Assembly (NCBI GenBank): GCA_964248365.1 | Contig: CAXTYC010000026.1 | Coordinates: 10,658 to 74,657, forward strand | Length of the DNA: 64,000 nt | Direction: 5' to 3' | Origin: an uncultured Chroococcidiopsis sp. | Lineage (GTDB): Bacteria > Cyanobacteriota > Cyanobacteriia > Cyanobacteriales > Chroococcidiopsidaceae | Shown here: positions 54,321-64,000 of the stretch, in pieces | How the letters are laid out: every line of letters starts with the position of its first letter | Position numbering within the stretch: position 1 is the stretch's first letter | Position numbers and translations under genes: made by a program | The notes under the pieces: model-generated | Database searches by the model: none | What the model saw: the letters and a program-made list of their open reading frames with translations, nothing else | What the model was told of the DNA's origin: nothing

Positions 54321-57188
54321 TTACTCAACTGAAATGCTAGGTCCTGCTGTCACAACTGCTAAGTTATTTGGTTGTAGTAGCTGTTGAGCTGCAAGGTTAA
54401 CCTGAGCGAGGGTAACAGACTGAATTTTTTTGGTAAAGGAGCGTAGTTCCTCTGCATCCAGTCCATAAACTGTATTCATCAAAATTGTACTAGCCAGCTC
54501 GTCTGGATTGGCGAGGGAAACTGTGTAGTTACTAATGAGGGAGCGTTTAGCAGCTTTTACTTCCTCATCGGTGACACCAGATCGGTGGATCTGCTCAAGC
54601 AGGTTACGAGTACTAGCGATCGCCCTTAATGCATCTTCGGGAGCAGTTTGCATACTAATCAAGAATGGTCCTGGATGTCTGCCAGCCTGGAAGGTACTGT
54701 ATATACCATAAGTTAGACCCAGGCGATCGCGTATTTCTGTTCCCAAGCGACTTGATAGGGTATCGCCGCCCAAAATCTGATTGAATACCAATGAGCTGTA
54801 GTAGCGCGGATCTTTCCGGTCAATACCCTTGTAACCCATAAAGGTAATTGACTGAGTTTTACCAGGTAGAACGGGGTTAAGCTGTACGACTTTGGCAGGG
54901 AGGGGCGCTGGTGGATATGCTACAGTTGGCGGTTTACCACTGGCTTTCCAGGGGCTAAGTTGTTTTTCCAGTAGCGATCGCACTGTTCTAGGATCAAAGT
55001 CACCTAACAAAGTCAGCACTGTTTGATCCGGTCGGTAATGTTGCTGATAAAACTCCATCACATCCTGACGGCTGATGCTCTTGAGGCTTTGCTCAGTTGG
55101 GAATGTATGGAAGGGATGGTTTTGGGGATAAATTGTCTGTTGAAACAAACGCCGCGCTACCTGTCCTGGGTTGTCTAATTCCAACTTAAGTCTAGTTAAG
55201 GCACGTTGACGGGCAAGTTCTAATTCTTTGGTGGGAAAATTGGCATTTTCTACCACATCGGCAAATGTCCCAATTAAAACGGGTAGGTCAGTCTTTAAGC
55301 TATACCCAGCAGCAATTACTCCCTCGCGGCTGGCTTGAAAACCTAGATTTGCGCCTCGATCTTCTAATGCTTTTGCCAGTGTCAAGGCATCTTTATCCTT
55401 AGTGCCATTCATGAGGTTATCAGCCGTCAAGCTAGCCAAACCGCCCGCATTTGCCTGATCGAATTCTGTACCAGCTTTGATGTAACCGCTTAAGGTGACA
55501 GTAGGCGTACTAGGATCGGGTAGGAGTAATACTTGTAGCCCGTTGGAGAGTGTCAATTGCTCAGGTAGCGATCGCGCTGCTGGCGTTGTGGTTGTATCTA
55601 GCGGTGGCAGATACTTGGCTACCTGTGCCGGATCTACGGGTGGACCTGCGTTAAAGCTTTCTGTAGTTTGCCCAGTAGCTACTGCCTTTTGCCCTGCTTT
55701 TCCAGCCTGTTGGGTTGGCTCAAACATACCTACAGTGCTTTTATTGGGCGCGAGATAGTTTATTGCCACTCGCTTGACATCCGCTACACTTACTTTATTG
55801 AGTGCTGCTAGATAACGATCTGTATAGCGATAGTCTGAGGCAGTGGTTTGGTCGTTGCCCAGCTGCATTGCTTGAGAGCTAATATCGCGGTTATTCAAGA
55901 TGATGGTAGAGCGTACCTGTGCCTTAGCACGGTTAAGTTCTTCTGCTGTCACACCTTTTTCTTGTAGATCGGCGATCGTCTGTTGGAAAACTCTTTCAAT
56001 TTTTGTCAGTTCTTGTCCTGGAGCAGCTGTTGCTGAAAAATTGTACCAACCGCCTGCAATCAAATTAGCTGTACCGCCATCAGCCGCACTTGCTAAACCT
56101 GATTCCACCAAAGCTTGATAGATACGCGAATTGCGTCCCTCTGTCAAGATGGCATTCATTACATCCAGTGCTGGCACATCGGGATTATTCACATCGGGCA
56201 GCGGATACACTACTTGCAATATTGCAGCGGCTCCAGGCTCTCGCAGGACAATAGGTGAAGGGCGATTTTGAGCTGGGGAAGCAGGCGTTGCTGAGGAAGC
56301 AGGCGTTGCTGGGGTAGAGCCTCTAGCCTCTAGCCCCTCGCCTCTAGCCCCTGGCTCCTGACTCCTGACTCCTGACTCTTGATTTCTACTGGGTACTTTA
56401 GCAAAAACTTCTTTGATTGCTTGCAGCGTGGGTTCTGTTTGAAAATCCCCAACCACAACTAGGGTGGCATTATCAGGGCTGTAGTATTTGCGGTAGTACT
56501 CCCTTACCTGCTGTGAATTGAATTTCTCTACATCTGCTTTGGTTCCACCTACGGGTAAACCATAAGGTGTGTTTGGTAGCGCCGCCCGCATCAAAGCACG
56601 GTTAAGGCGATAATTAGGGCTATTTTCGTATCCCTGTAGTTCTGAAATTACTACACGCTTCTCACTTGCAAGCTGCTGGGCATTAATTAGCGCATTTTGC
56701 ATTCGGTCTGCTTCCAATGTCAGCAGCGCTTTGAGTTTGTTTCGCTCGACAGTACCAAAATAGGCTGTTTGATCGTAACTAGTGAACGCATTAGAATCAC
56801 TCCCCAGCGCACTAAATAGGCGACCAAACTGAATCGGACGGGTGGTAGTGCCTTTAAACAGCATATGTTCTAGCTGGTGGGCAATACCATTCACTCCAGG
56901 GGCTTCGTTCCGTGAGCCTACCCTATACCACACCTGTACACTCACTACGGGTGCTGTGTGTACTGGTTTTGTGAGGACAGTCAAACCATTTTCTAGTACT
57001 GTCTTGCGGACTTCTTCAGTTATAGAAAGTGATGGTTTTTCTGGGGATACAGGTGCTGTCGGTTGGGACACAGCAACAGCCGTTTGATTAAAAGTTGCTC
57101 CCCAGCCAAACAACAGCACTAGACTAAGGCATAGGGTGAATAGTGAAATGGACAACCGATGTCGGCGCAAATGAGCAAAAATAGACAT
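54321..57188 (-). CDS. M16 family (pitrilysin-like) zinc protease
   Basis: HQLEH inverted zinc motif, NAFTS.D.T.Y, two M16 halves, signal peptide. Confidence 0.92.
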   Translation of the reverse strand: MSIFAHLRRHRLSISLFTLCLSLVLLFGWGATFNQTAVAVSQPTAPVSPEKPSLSITEEVRKTVLENGLTVLTKPVHTAPVVSVQVWYRVGSRNEAPGVNGIAHQLEHMLFKGTTTRPIQFGRLFSALGSDSNAFTSYDQTAYFGTVERNKLKALLTLEADRMQNALINAQQLASEKRVVISELQGYENSPNYRLNRALMRAALPNTPYGLPVGGTKADVEKFNSQQVREYYRKYYSPDNATLVVVGDFQTEPTLQAIKEVFAKVPSRNQESGVRSQEPGARGEGLEARGSTPATPASSATPASPAQNRPSPIVLREPGAAAILQVVYPLPDVNNPDVPALDVMNAILTEGRNSRIYQALVESGLASAADGGTANLIAGGWYNFSATAAPGQELTKIERVFQQTIADLQEKGVTAEELNRAKAQVRSTIILNNRDISSQAMQLGNDQTTASDYRYTDRYLAALNKVSVADVKRVAINYLAPNKSTVGMFEPTQQAGKAGQKAVATGQTTESFNAGPPVDPAQVAKYLPPLDTTTTPAARSLPEQLTLSNGLQVLLLPDPSTPTVTLSGYIKAGTEFDQANAGGLASLTADNLMNGTKDKDALTLAKALEDRGANLGFQASREGVIAAGYSLKTDLPVLIGTFADVVENANFPTKELELARQRALTRLKLELDNPGQVARRLFQQTIYPQNHPFHTFPTEQSLKSISRQDVMEFYQQHYRPDQTVLTLLGDFDPRTVRSLLEKQLSPWKASGKPPTVAYPPAPLPAKVVQLNPVLPGKTQSITFMGYKGIDRKDPRYYSSLVFNQILGGDTLSSRLGTEIRDRLGLTYGIYSTFQAGRHPGPFLISMQTAPEDALRAIASTRNLLEQIHRSGVTDEEVKAAKRSLISNYTVSLANPDELASTILMNTVYGLDAEELRSFTKKIQSVTLAQVNLAAQQLLQPNNLAVVTAGPSISVE

Positions 57189-57231
57189 GAATTTTTTTTA
57201 CAGCAATCAGTAAAGAGTCATTAGTCAATGA

Positions 57232-57380
57232 AGCGATTAGCGGTTAGCTGTTAGCTGGCGCGCTGTTAGCCGTTAGTAGATCTTCTTTGTTTCTAGCAGA
57301 TGCTTATCTTTGTAACCAGGCGCGTCCATCAGTTGCTAAAAGCTAATCGCTAAAAGCTAATCGCTAAAAGCTAAAAGCTA
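57232..57380. repeat. Dispersed repeat with inverted heptamer arms (inverted copy)
   Basis: 57307-57326 is the exact reverse complement of 23228-23247. Confidence 0.8.
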
Positions 57381-57465
57381 TCAAGGTCAGTTGCCTGTGG
57401 ATAGGAGAATCGACATAGATTCTTAGACTTGACAAATTTCCCAAACAATGCATTATAACTGAAGT

Positions 57466-57906
57466 TTAGGTGGGTGTGAGCAAGCGGATAAATTCTAAGG
57501 GTAAACCATCAGCATCAGCAATAAAGGCAACTTCGTAAATGCCCTCGCCTATCTGTTGTTGTGTCGGTTCTAAAAGCACCTTCAATGGTTGATATTGCTC
57601 TGGTTGGTGGTTTTGGGCATCGGCAAAACGTTCTTGTATTGATGTTAACCAGCCAGGTAGATCAGTTGTGATGTTGCTCAGATCAAATGACAAATGGTAA
57701 TACCCTACATAATGCTCGTCTTCAAAAGCGTCGGGGGCTGGATGGGGCTGGGGAATTTGAATCAGTTCAATGCGTCCCCCCAGCCCTTCCATCCAACAAG
57801 CTAGGGTGTAGCCCGTCGTAAAGCGTTCCGAAACAGCAAAGCCTAACTGTTCGTAAAACGCGATCGCACGGTGAATATTAGCAGTACGAATTGAGGCGTG
57901 ATGCAT
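57466..57906 (-). CDS. VOC/glyoxalase family protein
   Basis: MHHASIRT, YYHLSF, FIADADGLPLEF. Confidence 0.88.
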   Translation of the reverse strand: MHHASIRTANIHRAIAFYEQLGFAVSERFTTGYTLACWMEGLGGRIELIQIPQPHPAPDAFEDEHYVGYYHLSFDLSNITTDLPGWLTSIQERFADAQNHQPEQYQPLKVLLEPTQQQIGEGIYEVAFIADADGLPLEFIRLLTPT

Positions 57907-58140
57907 AGGCGGGGCTAGGGACTAGGGGCTAGGGGCGCTGGAGTTGGGTAAAGGGTAAAGCTTGAAGGATAAAGGTTAAAGGGTGAAGGTAAAAGGTAAA
58001 AGGTAAAGGGAAAGGTTAAAGGGAAAGAATTAAATATTCTGTCTCCTGACTTGGAGTCTCCTGTCTTTTGTCTTCTGTCTCCTCCACACTTCATACCTCA
58101 TACTTCATACTTCATACTTCTTGTGCCTCTAGCCTCTAGC

Positions 58141-58650
58141 CTATTCAAACAATCGGAAATAAGGATATCTAACCGGAACGCCTGGTTCTTTCTCCAGGTC
58201 AAAATTAATCACTTCCCAACACGGTTCATCTTTTGGGTCGGGGCTAAATTCCACTGGTAAGCCATAGAGTCTAGGTCGAGACTGTTCTGATTGACCTTTC
58301 CAAGGTGTACTACGCTCTAAATACCCACTAATCAGTTCCTGATAACGACGGGCAATGATCACGCGGGTAGCGCGATAGCCTTGGGTATAAAGTCGGTCTA
58401 GGGCTTCGTGAATTTCAAACCGAATCCCATCTGGGTGCGTGTGTTGCCGATACCATTCGTTATTCCAACGTCGCCAGTGACGACTAGATTGGAGATGAAT
58501 CAATTCTCCTGTCTTTGGATCAGCTTCAAAAGCACCATGACGGGGACAAAGATAAGTATCCGTCAGCGTCAGCGCCGGAATTGGCTGGCGACAGTGGGGA
58601 CACGGAATTTCTGGACCAAAAATTGGGTACTGTAAGCTTGAATTTATCAT
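58141..58650 (-). CDS. Conserved cyanobacterial protein (TIGR02652-like)
   Basis: CPHC...YLCPRHG, HTHPDGIRFEIHEALD. Confidence 0.8.
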   Translation of the reverse strand: MINSSLQYPIFGPEIPCPHCRQPIPALTLTDTYLCPRHGAFEADPKTGELIHLQSSRHWRRWNNEWYRQHTHPDGIRFEIHEALDRLYTQGYRATRVIIARRYQELISGYLERSTPWKGQSEQSRPRLYGLPVEFSPDPKDEPCWEVINFDLEKEPGVPVRYPYFRLFE

Positions 58651-58995
58651 GAGGTGCGAAGAACCAGAATGTTTCTTGTTTTAAGCTAAAGGGCATTTAA
58701 CGCAGCATAATCTGAGATTTTGGCAAAACCCGTCAAATTCTCTCCTCTGCCCCTCTGCCCCTCTGCCCCTCTGCTGCCAACACAGTGCAATTTAAATGCA
58801 TAACAGCTTACCAGCATCATTAGTTTGGTTTTGACGCTCCAGGTTCAACCAGATGGAGACTTTTAGACCCACCACTGCCTCCTAGAGAGTTTGACATCGT
58901 GATATTCTTTCTAAAAGAGCTATTCCTTGAAAAAATCTAATTTCAAGGTTGAAAGCTGGAAATTTATATTTGATTAATATATAAATCATTCTACC

Positions 58996-59517
58996 GTGTC
59001 TGAGCCATCCTACTGGTCATTGCCCGATCTTTCGCCTGCTGCCTTTGTTGCTGCGAATGCTGTAATTGTGGGTCGCGTGGGGCTAGCACGAGGGGTAAGT
59101 ATTTGGTACGGAGCAGTTGTGCGCGGCGATGTCGAGCAAATTGAAATTGGCGAATGCACAAATATTCAGGATGGGGCAATTTTACATAGCGATCGCGGTA
59201 CGCCCACAATTCTAGAAGATCACGTAACGGTAGGGCATCGAGCTGTAGTACATTCGGCTTACATTGAACGGGGAAGTTTGATCGGTATTGGTGCTGTAAT
59301 TTTAGATGGTGTGCGGGTAGGATCTGGTAGCATCGTTGGTGCTGGGGCGGTGGTTAGCAAAGATGTCCCACCGCGAACTCTTGTAGTTGGTGTACCTGCA
59401 AAGCATCTGCGCGAAGTTTCCCCAGCCGAAGCAGCCGAACTAATCGAACACGCACGTCGCTATGAAAAGTTAGCCCTAGTTCATGCTGGCAAAGGTACGG
59501 ATTTGGGGTTTACTTAA
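58996..59517 (+). CDS. Gamma carbonic anhydrase family protein
   Basis: VVRGD, TNIQDGAILH, VTVGH hexapeptide repeats. Confidence 0.9.
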   Translation: MSEPSYWSLPDLSPAAFVAANAVIVGRVGLARGVSIWYGAVVRGDVEQIEIGECTNIQDGAILHSDRGTPTILEDHVTVGHRAVVHSAYIERGSLIGIGAVILDGVRVGSGSIVGAGAVVSKDVPPRTLVVGVPAKHLREVSPAEAAELIEHARRYEKLALVHAGKGTDLGFT

Positions 59518-59827
59518 CTAGGGGCTAGAGGTTAGGGGCTAGTGGAACTAGTGGAACCAGTGCCTAGAGGAAGCCTGCAGCAGGGTAAAGAGGTATTGCG
59601 GTAAAGGGTAAAGGTAATTCGTAATTAATGATTCTCCCCTGAACCCACTCTCCCCCTTGCCCCCTAATCCCCACAACGCGAGTGAACAGCGAGTTCCCCC
59701 TCTCCCTTTGCTCCCCCTGCTTTCTTCAAAGAGGGTATGGAAAATTTACCTGTTTCAGCTAACAATTAAAAATGAGAAAATGTGAAAAATCTTTAATCTC
59801 AACCCTATTAAGAGAGGAAAACGATTT

Positions 59828-59953
59828 ATGGACATCGATATGCGCGTTGCTTTTGTTCTACTACCAGTGATTGCTGCTGCAAGTTGGGCATTGTTTAATA
59901 TTGCCCCTGCTGCTATCAAGCAAATTCAAGCCTTTTTGAATAGAGAAGCTTAG
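59828..59953 (+). CDS. psbY: Photosystem II protein Y
   Basis: Manual translation MDIDMRVAFVLLPVIAAASWALFNIAPAAIKQIQAFLNREA*. Confidence 0.92.
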   Translation: MDIDMRVAFVLLPVIAAASWALFNIAPAAIKQIQAFLNREA

Positions 59954-60122
59954 ATCAGAGGGGCGCTGGGGCTAGGGGCTTGGGGCTAGAAGAAAGCCTC
60001 GGGGAGGCTGGAGGAGGCTGGGGGAGCTGGTTCCGTTTTTTCCTCCCCAGCCTCCCCAGCCTCCCAAAGCGCAAACCCTGCTCTCTTCTGGTTCCTCTAG
60101 CCTCTAGCCCCCAGCCTCTCCT

Positions 60123-60662
60123 TTAGCCAGTAGCTACTACTCGTTTGCGTAAAGATTCAGCACGGCGTTTGGCGGTATTATTTTGCGGTTGTAACTGTAG
60201 CACTTGCTCGTAAGTTTCCAATGCCAGAGCCGTCAAGTTTTTTCTCTCATAGGCGTGTCCCAAGTTATTAAGCGCTATAACATAATTGGGATCAATCCGC
60301 AAGGCTTCTTTGTAATTACGAATTGCTAAGTCGTACTGCTCTTGACCAAAGTAGCCATAGCCCAGCCCATTGTAGATTAAGGCGACGTTTACTTCATTGT
60401 CTGCTTCTTCTTGCTCCACTGCTTTGAGCGCCTTTTGAAACATGACGATCGCTTGAGCATACAGTTTTTTATTTAAATAAATCCCGCCTAACTCGAAATA
60501 CTCTTGAACTGTCCCTTTTTCTTTAGTCAGTTTTTTTTGCAATCGTGCAAGGGTAGTTTCCAGGCGGCGAGTTTTGAACACCTGGCGAAAAACAAACAAG
60601 CCAGCTCCAGCAAGCAGAGCCAGCAAAACCCCTAAATAGACAACTGCTAAATTATTATCCAT
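60123..60662 (-). CDS. TPR protein, Ycf37-like
   Basis: N-terminal TM, TPR repeats (YNGLGY, ALNNLGHAY); downstream of rplT. Confidence 0.8.
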   Translation of the reverse strand: MDNNLAVVYLGVLLALLAGAGLFVFRQVFKTRRLETTLARLQKKLTKEKGTVQEYFELGGIYLNKKLYAQAIVMFQKALKAVEQEEADNEVNVALIYNGLGYGYFGQEQYDLAIRNYKEALRIDPNYVIALNNLGHAYERKNLTALALETYEQVLQLQPQNNTAKRRAESLRKRVVATG

Positions 60663-60724
60663 TTGCTGCAAATATAGAAATGATTAAAGTTGTAGTTGGG
60701 TTGGGGCGTAGCCCGTATAATATT

Positions 60725-61648
60725 TTAATTATCATTGGTCGTGGGTGAAGTTAGGTTGGCTGGTGTTGATTTATCTAAGGGTAATCCCCAAAAAGCTGCT
60801 CGTTGCCGTAACCAGCCTGATGCTGAGTAATTTGCGATCGCAGCATTCACCTGTCGTCGTAATTCATCGTACTGCAATCCTTTCGGCATCACTACGCACA
60901 ACGGTTCAGCCGACAGCAGTGTCGGCAACAGTTGATATTGAGGATATTCTTGTACCCAGGCGGTCAAAACACTGGCATCGGCTGCGAATGCAGTTGTTTT
61001 CCCCGATTCTAAAAGTGAGTACGCCTGTTGGTACGAATCAACTCCCACTAGCTGCACACTAGGTAAGAAATACCGCACTGTCGCAATCGAGTCAGAACCT
61101 TTAAGGACGGCAATATTCTGGCTAGCAAGATCTTTCAACCGTGTGAGATCGCCTTTTTTAGTAATTAAGGCAGTGCCATCAAAGTAGTAGGGAGGGCTAA
61201 AGTCTACCAATCGAGCGCGGGAATTAGTTGATGTTACCCTAGCAATTGTCAGATCGACTTTATCCTCTAACACTACATTCATGCGATCGCTGTTTGCTAC
61301 AGGCTGGAATCTCACAGCATCTGGCTTGCCGAGCAAATCTTGTGCCAAGCGCTGGGCGATGTCAATTTCCAGCCCTTGCAGTCTACCTTTGGCATCACGA
61401 AAACCCAGAGGGCGCAAGTTATCTTTGACACCAACAACTAGATAACCGCGTTTTTTGATTTCTTTTAGTTCAGCAGCCTGACTTTTGAGCGAAAAAGGGA
61501 AAAGGCAAAGAAGTATGAAGTATAAAGTGTAAAGTGTGAAGTGTGAAGTGTGAAGTGTGAAGTGTGAAGGAGACAGAAGACAGGAGACCCACGACAGAAT
61601 ATTTAATTCTTTCCCTTTTCCCTTTACCCTTTCCCCTTTACCCTTCAT
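60725..61648 (-). CDS. Amino-acid ABC transporter substrate-binding protein (start uncertain)
   Basis: RGYLVVGVKDNLRPLGF, GLEIDIA, VDFSPPYY; first ~45 codons are repeat-derived. Confidence 0.85.
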   Translation of the reverse strand: MKGKGERVKGKGKELNILSWVSCLLSPSHFTLHTSHFTLYTLYFILLCLFPFSLKSQAAELKEIKKRGYLVVGVKDNLRPLGFRDAKGRLQGLEIDIAQRLAQDLLGKPDAVRFQPVANSDRMNVVLEDKVDLTIARVTSTNSRARLVDFSPPYYFDGTALITKKGDLTRLKDLASQNIAVLKGSDSIATVRYFLPSVQLVGVDSYQQAYSLLESGKTTAFAADASVLTAWVQEYPQYQLLPTLLSAEPLCVVMPKGLQYDELRRQVNAAIANYSASGWLRQRAAFWGLPLDKSTPANLTSPTTNDN

Positions 61649-61668
61649 CCTTCATCCTTCATCCTTTA

Positions 61669-62022
61669 TTATTTCGCTTCGCTTACCAGTTGGGCAACTT
61701 TGCTAAAACCAGCAGGATCGAGGACTGCCATTTGTGCCAACATCTTACGATTGATTTGAATATTGGCTTTTTTCAGGTTGCCGATTAGCTGACTGTAGCT
61801 CATTCCTTGAAGCCTTGCAGCCGCGTTGATGCGAGTGATCCAAAGGCGACGAAAATCACGCTTGCGCTTTTTGCGATCGCGGTAGGCATTCCGCAGTGCC
61901 TTCATTACCTGTTGATTTGCTGTGCGGAACAGAGTTGAGTGGCTCCCGCGAAATCCTTTTGCTAGTTTAAGAATCTTTTTGCGGCGTTTACGAGCGACAT
62001 AACCGCGTTTTACCCGTGTCAT
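61669..62022 (-). CDS. rplT: 50S ribosomal protein L20
   Basis: [21 protein letters not shown]. Confidence 0.98.
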   Translation of the reverse strand: MTRVKRGYVARKRRKKILKLAKGFRGSHSTLFRTANQQVMKALRNAYRDRKKRKRDFRRLWITRINAAARLQGMSYSQLIGNLKKANIQINRKMLAQMAVLDPAGFSKVAQLVSEAK

Positions 62023-62059
62023 AACTTAAATTCCTGAAAAATTACGGATTTGACAAATA

Positions 62060-62257
62060 TTACAAATATGGAAGCATTAAGCGCACGTTTTCTTCGTCGC
62101 GCTCATTCACCACTGCCATTTTCGACAAGTTGTTCTTACGTTTGGTAGATTTCTTTTCTAGGATGTGATTCTTGAAAGCTTTGCGACGTACAATTTTACC
62201 ACTGCCAGTGGCTCGGAATCTTTTTGCCGCTGCTTTACGGGTTTTGAGTTTCGGCAT
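62060..62257 (-). CDS. rpmI: 50S ribosomal protein L35
   Basis: [14 protein letters not shown] start at 62257. Confidence 0.97.
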   Translation of the reverse strand: MPKLKTRKAAAKRFRATGSGKIVRRKAFKNHILEKKSTKRKNNLSKMAVVNERDEENVRLMLPYL

Positions 62258-62747
62258 TGATTTGGTTTTAATTAGACACAATCCGCAATAATAACATTTT
62301 TACTTGCTAAAATCAATTCTTTGAATTCTTTGCTTGCTGTTCTTAACACCTGTTGCAATTACCACCAAAAACTTAAGTTTTTGGCTCATAGCTCAAGTCC
62401 ATTAAAATGGACTGTAATCTTAAAAGTCTTCTAATGAAGATTTTGGCTATTGGAACACAAATTGATTTGTCAAGGGTAAGAGTAGGGTGGGCATTGCCCA
62501 CCATCATTTTTGTTTACTGTAGGGTAGACAATGCCCACCATCATTATTGTGACTGTATGCCACCCATGCCCACTATCATTATCTAGGATGCAAAGCATCG
62601 AAATTTTGGTTTCTGGTTCCCTAGCTCAGCCAGGGAAAAAAGAGGTTGGGCAAATATAGCCAAAAAAGGGTTGGCGAAATATAGCCCCCCTTCAAAATCC
62701 CTGTTGGCGAAATATAGCCCCCCTTCAAAAAAGGGGGGTTGGGGGGA

Positions 62748-64000
62748 TCAGCCTTCCATCTCCCCGATAATCTTCATCGTTTCCACACTAACAGTACACA
62801 CTCGTTGCAATAAGTCAACCACTTGCTCTTTATAATCAGTAAAACGGTAAGTATTAAACTTTGCTGCAATGGTTGGATCTTTGGGTTTCTTTTCCTTATA
62901 CTGATCCAAAATCCACTCTAGGGCAGAACGATTACCCAAACGATATTCCCAGGCAATTTTTGGAATACCTTCAAGGGTAGTTATATCATCTAAAAATATC
63001 GTTCCCTTGTCTTTACCTGCTTTTAATTTTGTTTTTGGGGTTCGGGCAGATTTATTCTGTTTATCTGTATGTTGCAATAGATTTTTCGTGTTGGTTGGGG
63101 CGGGTTTACCGTGCGTATGTGTAGTAGGGGCGGGTTTCCCCTGCATATCTGTAGGAATACGAGAAATTTCATTAAACCCGCCCCGACGAGAAATTTCATC
63201 AATCCCGCCCTGAATGTCATCCCCCACAGGTAAATCAATGCGTTTTAAACCAAATGGTGTGACAAATTCATAATTGATGTGTAAATCCATCAACTGTTTA
63301 CCCCAGCTAACCCATTTGTGGAAGTCATCGTAAAAGGGTAAACGGGGAAATTCGCGTTTCAAATTGAGTTCGTATTTTGTTCGATATACAGGATTGTGTA
63401 ATACAGCGTAGGTATAGTGGAAAATATCTGATTTGGTAATTGTATCGTCGCTGTAATGATTTTGGAATTGTTCTAATCCCCAGTCGGTAATATTATCAAC
63501 GCGGTTTCCTTCTTTGTCGTAGCGGTAGAGAGGGAGACATTGATTAGCTCCTGTAACGTGCAGTTCTGCAATACAATTAGTTGCTAAACAGTTAAATGGT
63601 CTATTACTACCAAAGCTTTTGAAAGTAATAAATTTATTTTCAGCATCATTCTCATCATAAATATTAAACCATTGATAAGTTCTGCCATTAAAGTGCTTAT
63701 CAAAATACAGATATTCCTTATAAAAAGGTCTGTAAAGGCTTGATTTGATGCTTTGTTCCTGAAACTCTTTTTGGATTCCTCTTTTAAAGTAGCTTCTTAA
63801 GTCCTCATCCCATTTGATTTTACCCGAAAATTCTTCTTGATTTTTATTGTTAAATTCACTTTGATAAACTTCTACAAAAAAATTCATCTTTTCAGCAAGA
63901 CTTTGCTTTGATAAATCATATACCCATTCATCACGCTGAGTTACCACACCTCTTGAAAATAGCTTAAATACTGCTTGTTCTGAATTTCCAGCTTTTACAT
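62748..64000 (-). CDS. Type ISP restriction-modification enzyme, C-terminal target-recognition part (runs off window)
   Basis: LYRPF, DIFHYTYAVLH.P.YR, LKREFPRLP, AWEYRLGNRSALEW; frame stays open to the window end. Confidence 0.85.
   Translation of the reverse strand, partial: VKAGNSEQAVFKLFSRGVVTQRDEWVYDLSKQSLAEKMNFFVEVYQSEFNNKNQEEFSGKIKWDEDLRSYFKRGIQKEFQEQSIKSSLYRPFYKEYLYFDKHFNGRTYQWFNIYDENDAENKFITFKSFGSNRPFNCLATNCIAELHVTGANQCLPLYRYDKEGNRVDNITDWGLEQFQNHYSDDTITKSDIFHYTYAVLHNPVYRTKYELNLKREFPRLPFYDDFHKWVSWGKQLMDLHINYEFVTPFGLKRIDLPVGDDIQGGIDEISRRGGFNEISRIPTDMQGKPAPTTHTHGKPAPTNTKNLLQHTDKQNKSARTPKTKLKAGKDKGTIFLDDITTLEGIPKIAWEYRLGNRSALEWILDQYKEKKPKDPTIAAKFNTYRFTDYKEQVVDLLQRVCTVSVETMKIIGEMEG

Noticed and set aside
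62640..62750. Direct repeats GTTGGCGAAATATAGCCCCCCTTCAAAA as a mini-CRISPR
   Set aside because: Two near-adjacent copies with only a few bases between them; a local duplication beside a C/G-tract palindrome

Overview
Cyanobacterial chromosomal window: abundant HIP1 GCGATCGC, heptamer tandem repeats, and psbY, ccmP, crtR and a cyanoexosortase A cluster. Most of it is housekeeping: glyS 5' end, pyk-crtR-aroH-sppA, pnt genes, rpmH-rnpA-yidC-jag, ycf46, furA-sigC, gpsA-lipA, secA, map, rplT-rpmI. The main accessory feature lies directly downstream of tRNA-Pro(CGG), about 32849-38415, and looks like a decayed type V-K CRISPR-associated transposon (CAST). It keeps a Tn7-like left end 63 bp from a GTA PAM inside the tRNA, a truncated V-K repeat with a tRNA-matching homing spacer, and a frameshifted tniQ. 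I found no cas12k, tracrRNA, full array, tnsB or tnsC. Its cargo is a ParB-DNA methyltransferase fusion, a broken NurA-like nuclease and an intact HerA-like ATPase, a possible uncharacterised defence or DNA-processing module. Other points of interest: two ~150-nt multi-hairpin non-coding elements (one with a retron msr-msd-like layout but no RT in the window, next to a DUF1998 helicase), a NarB-like molybdoenzyme lacking its fourth Fe-S cysteine, several pseudogenes, and dispersed repeat families that have entered coding sequences. All assignments come from reading the sequence and recalling family motifs; no database searches were run.
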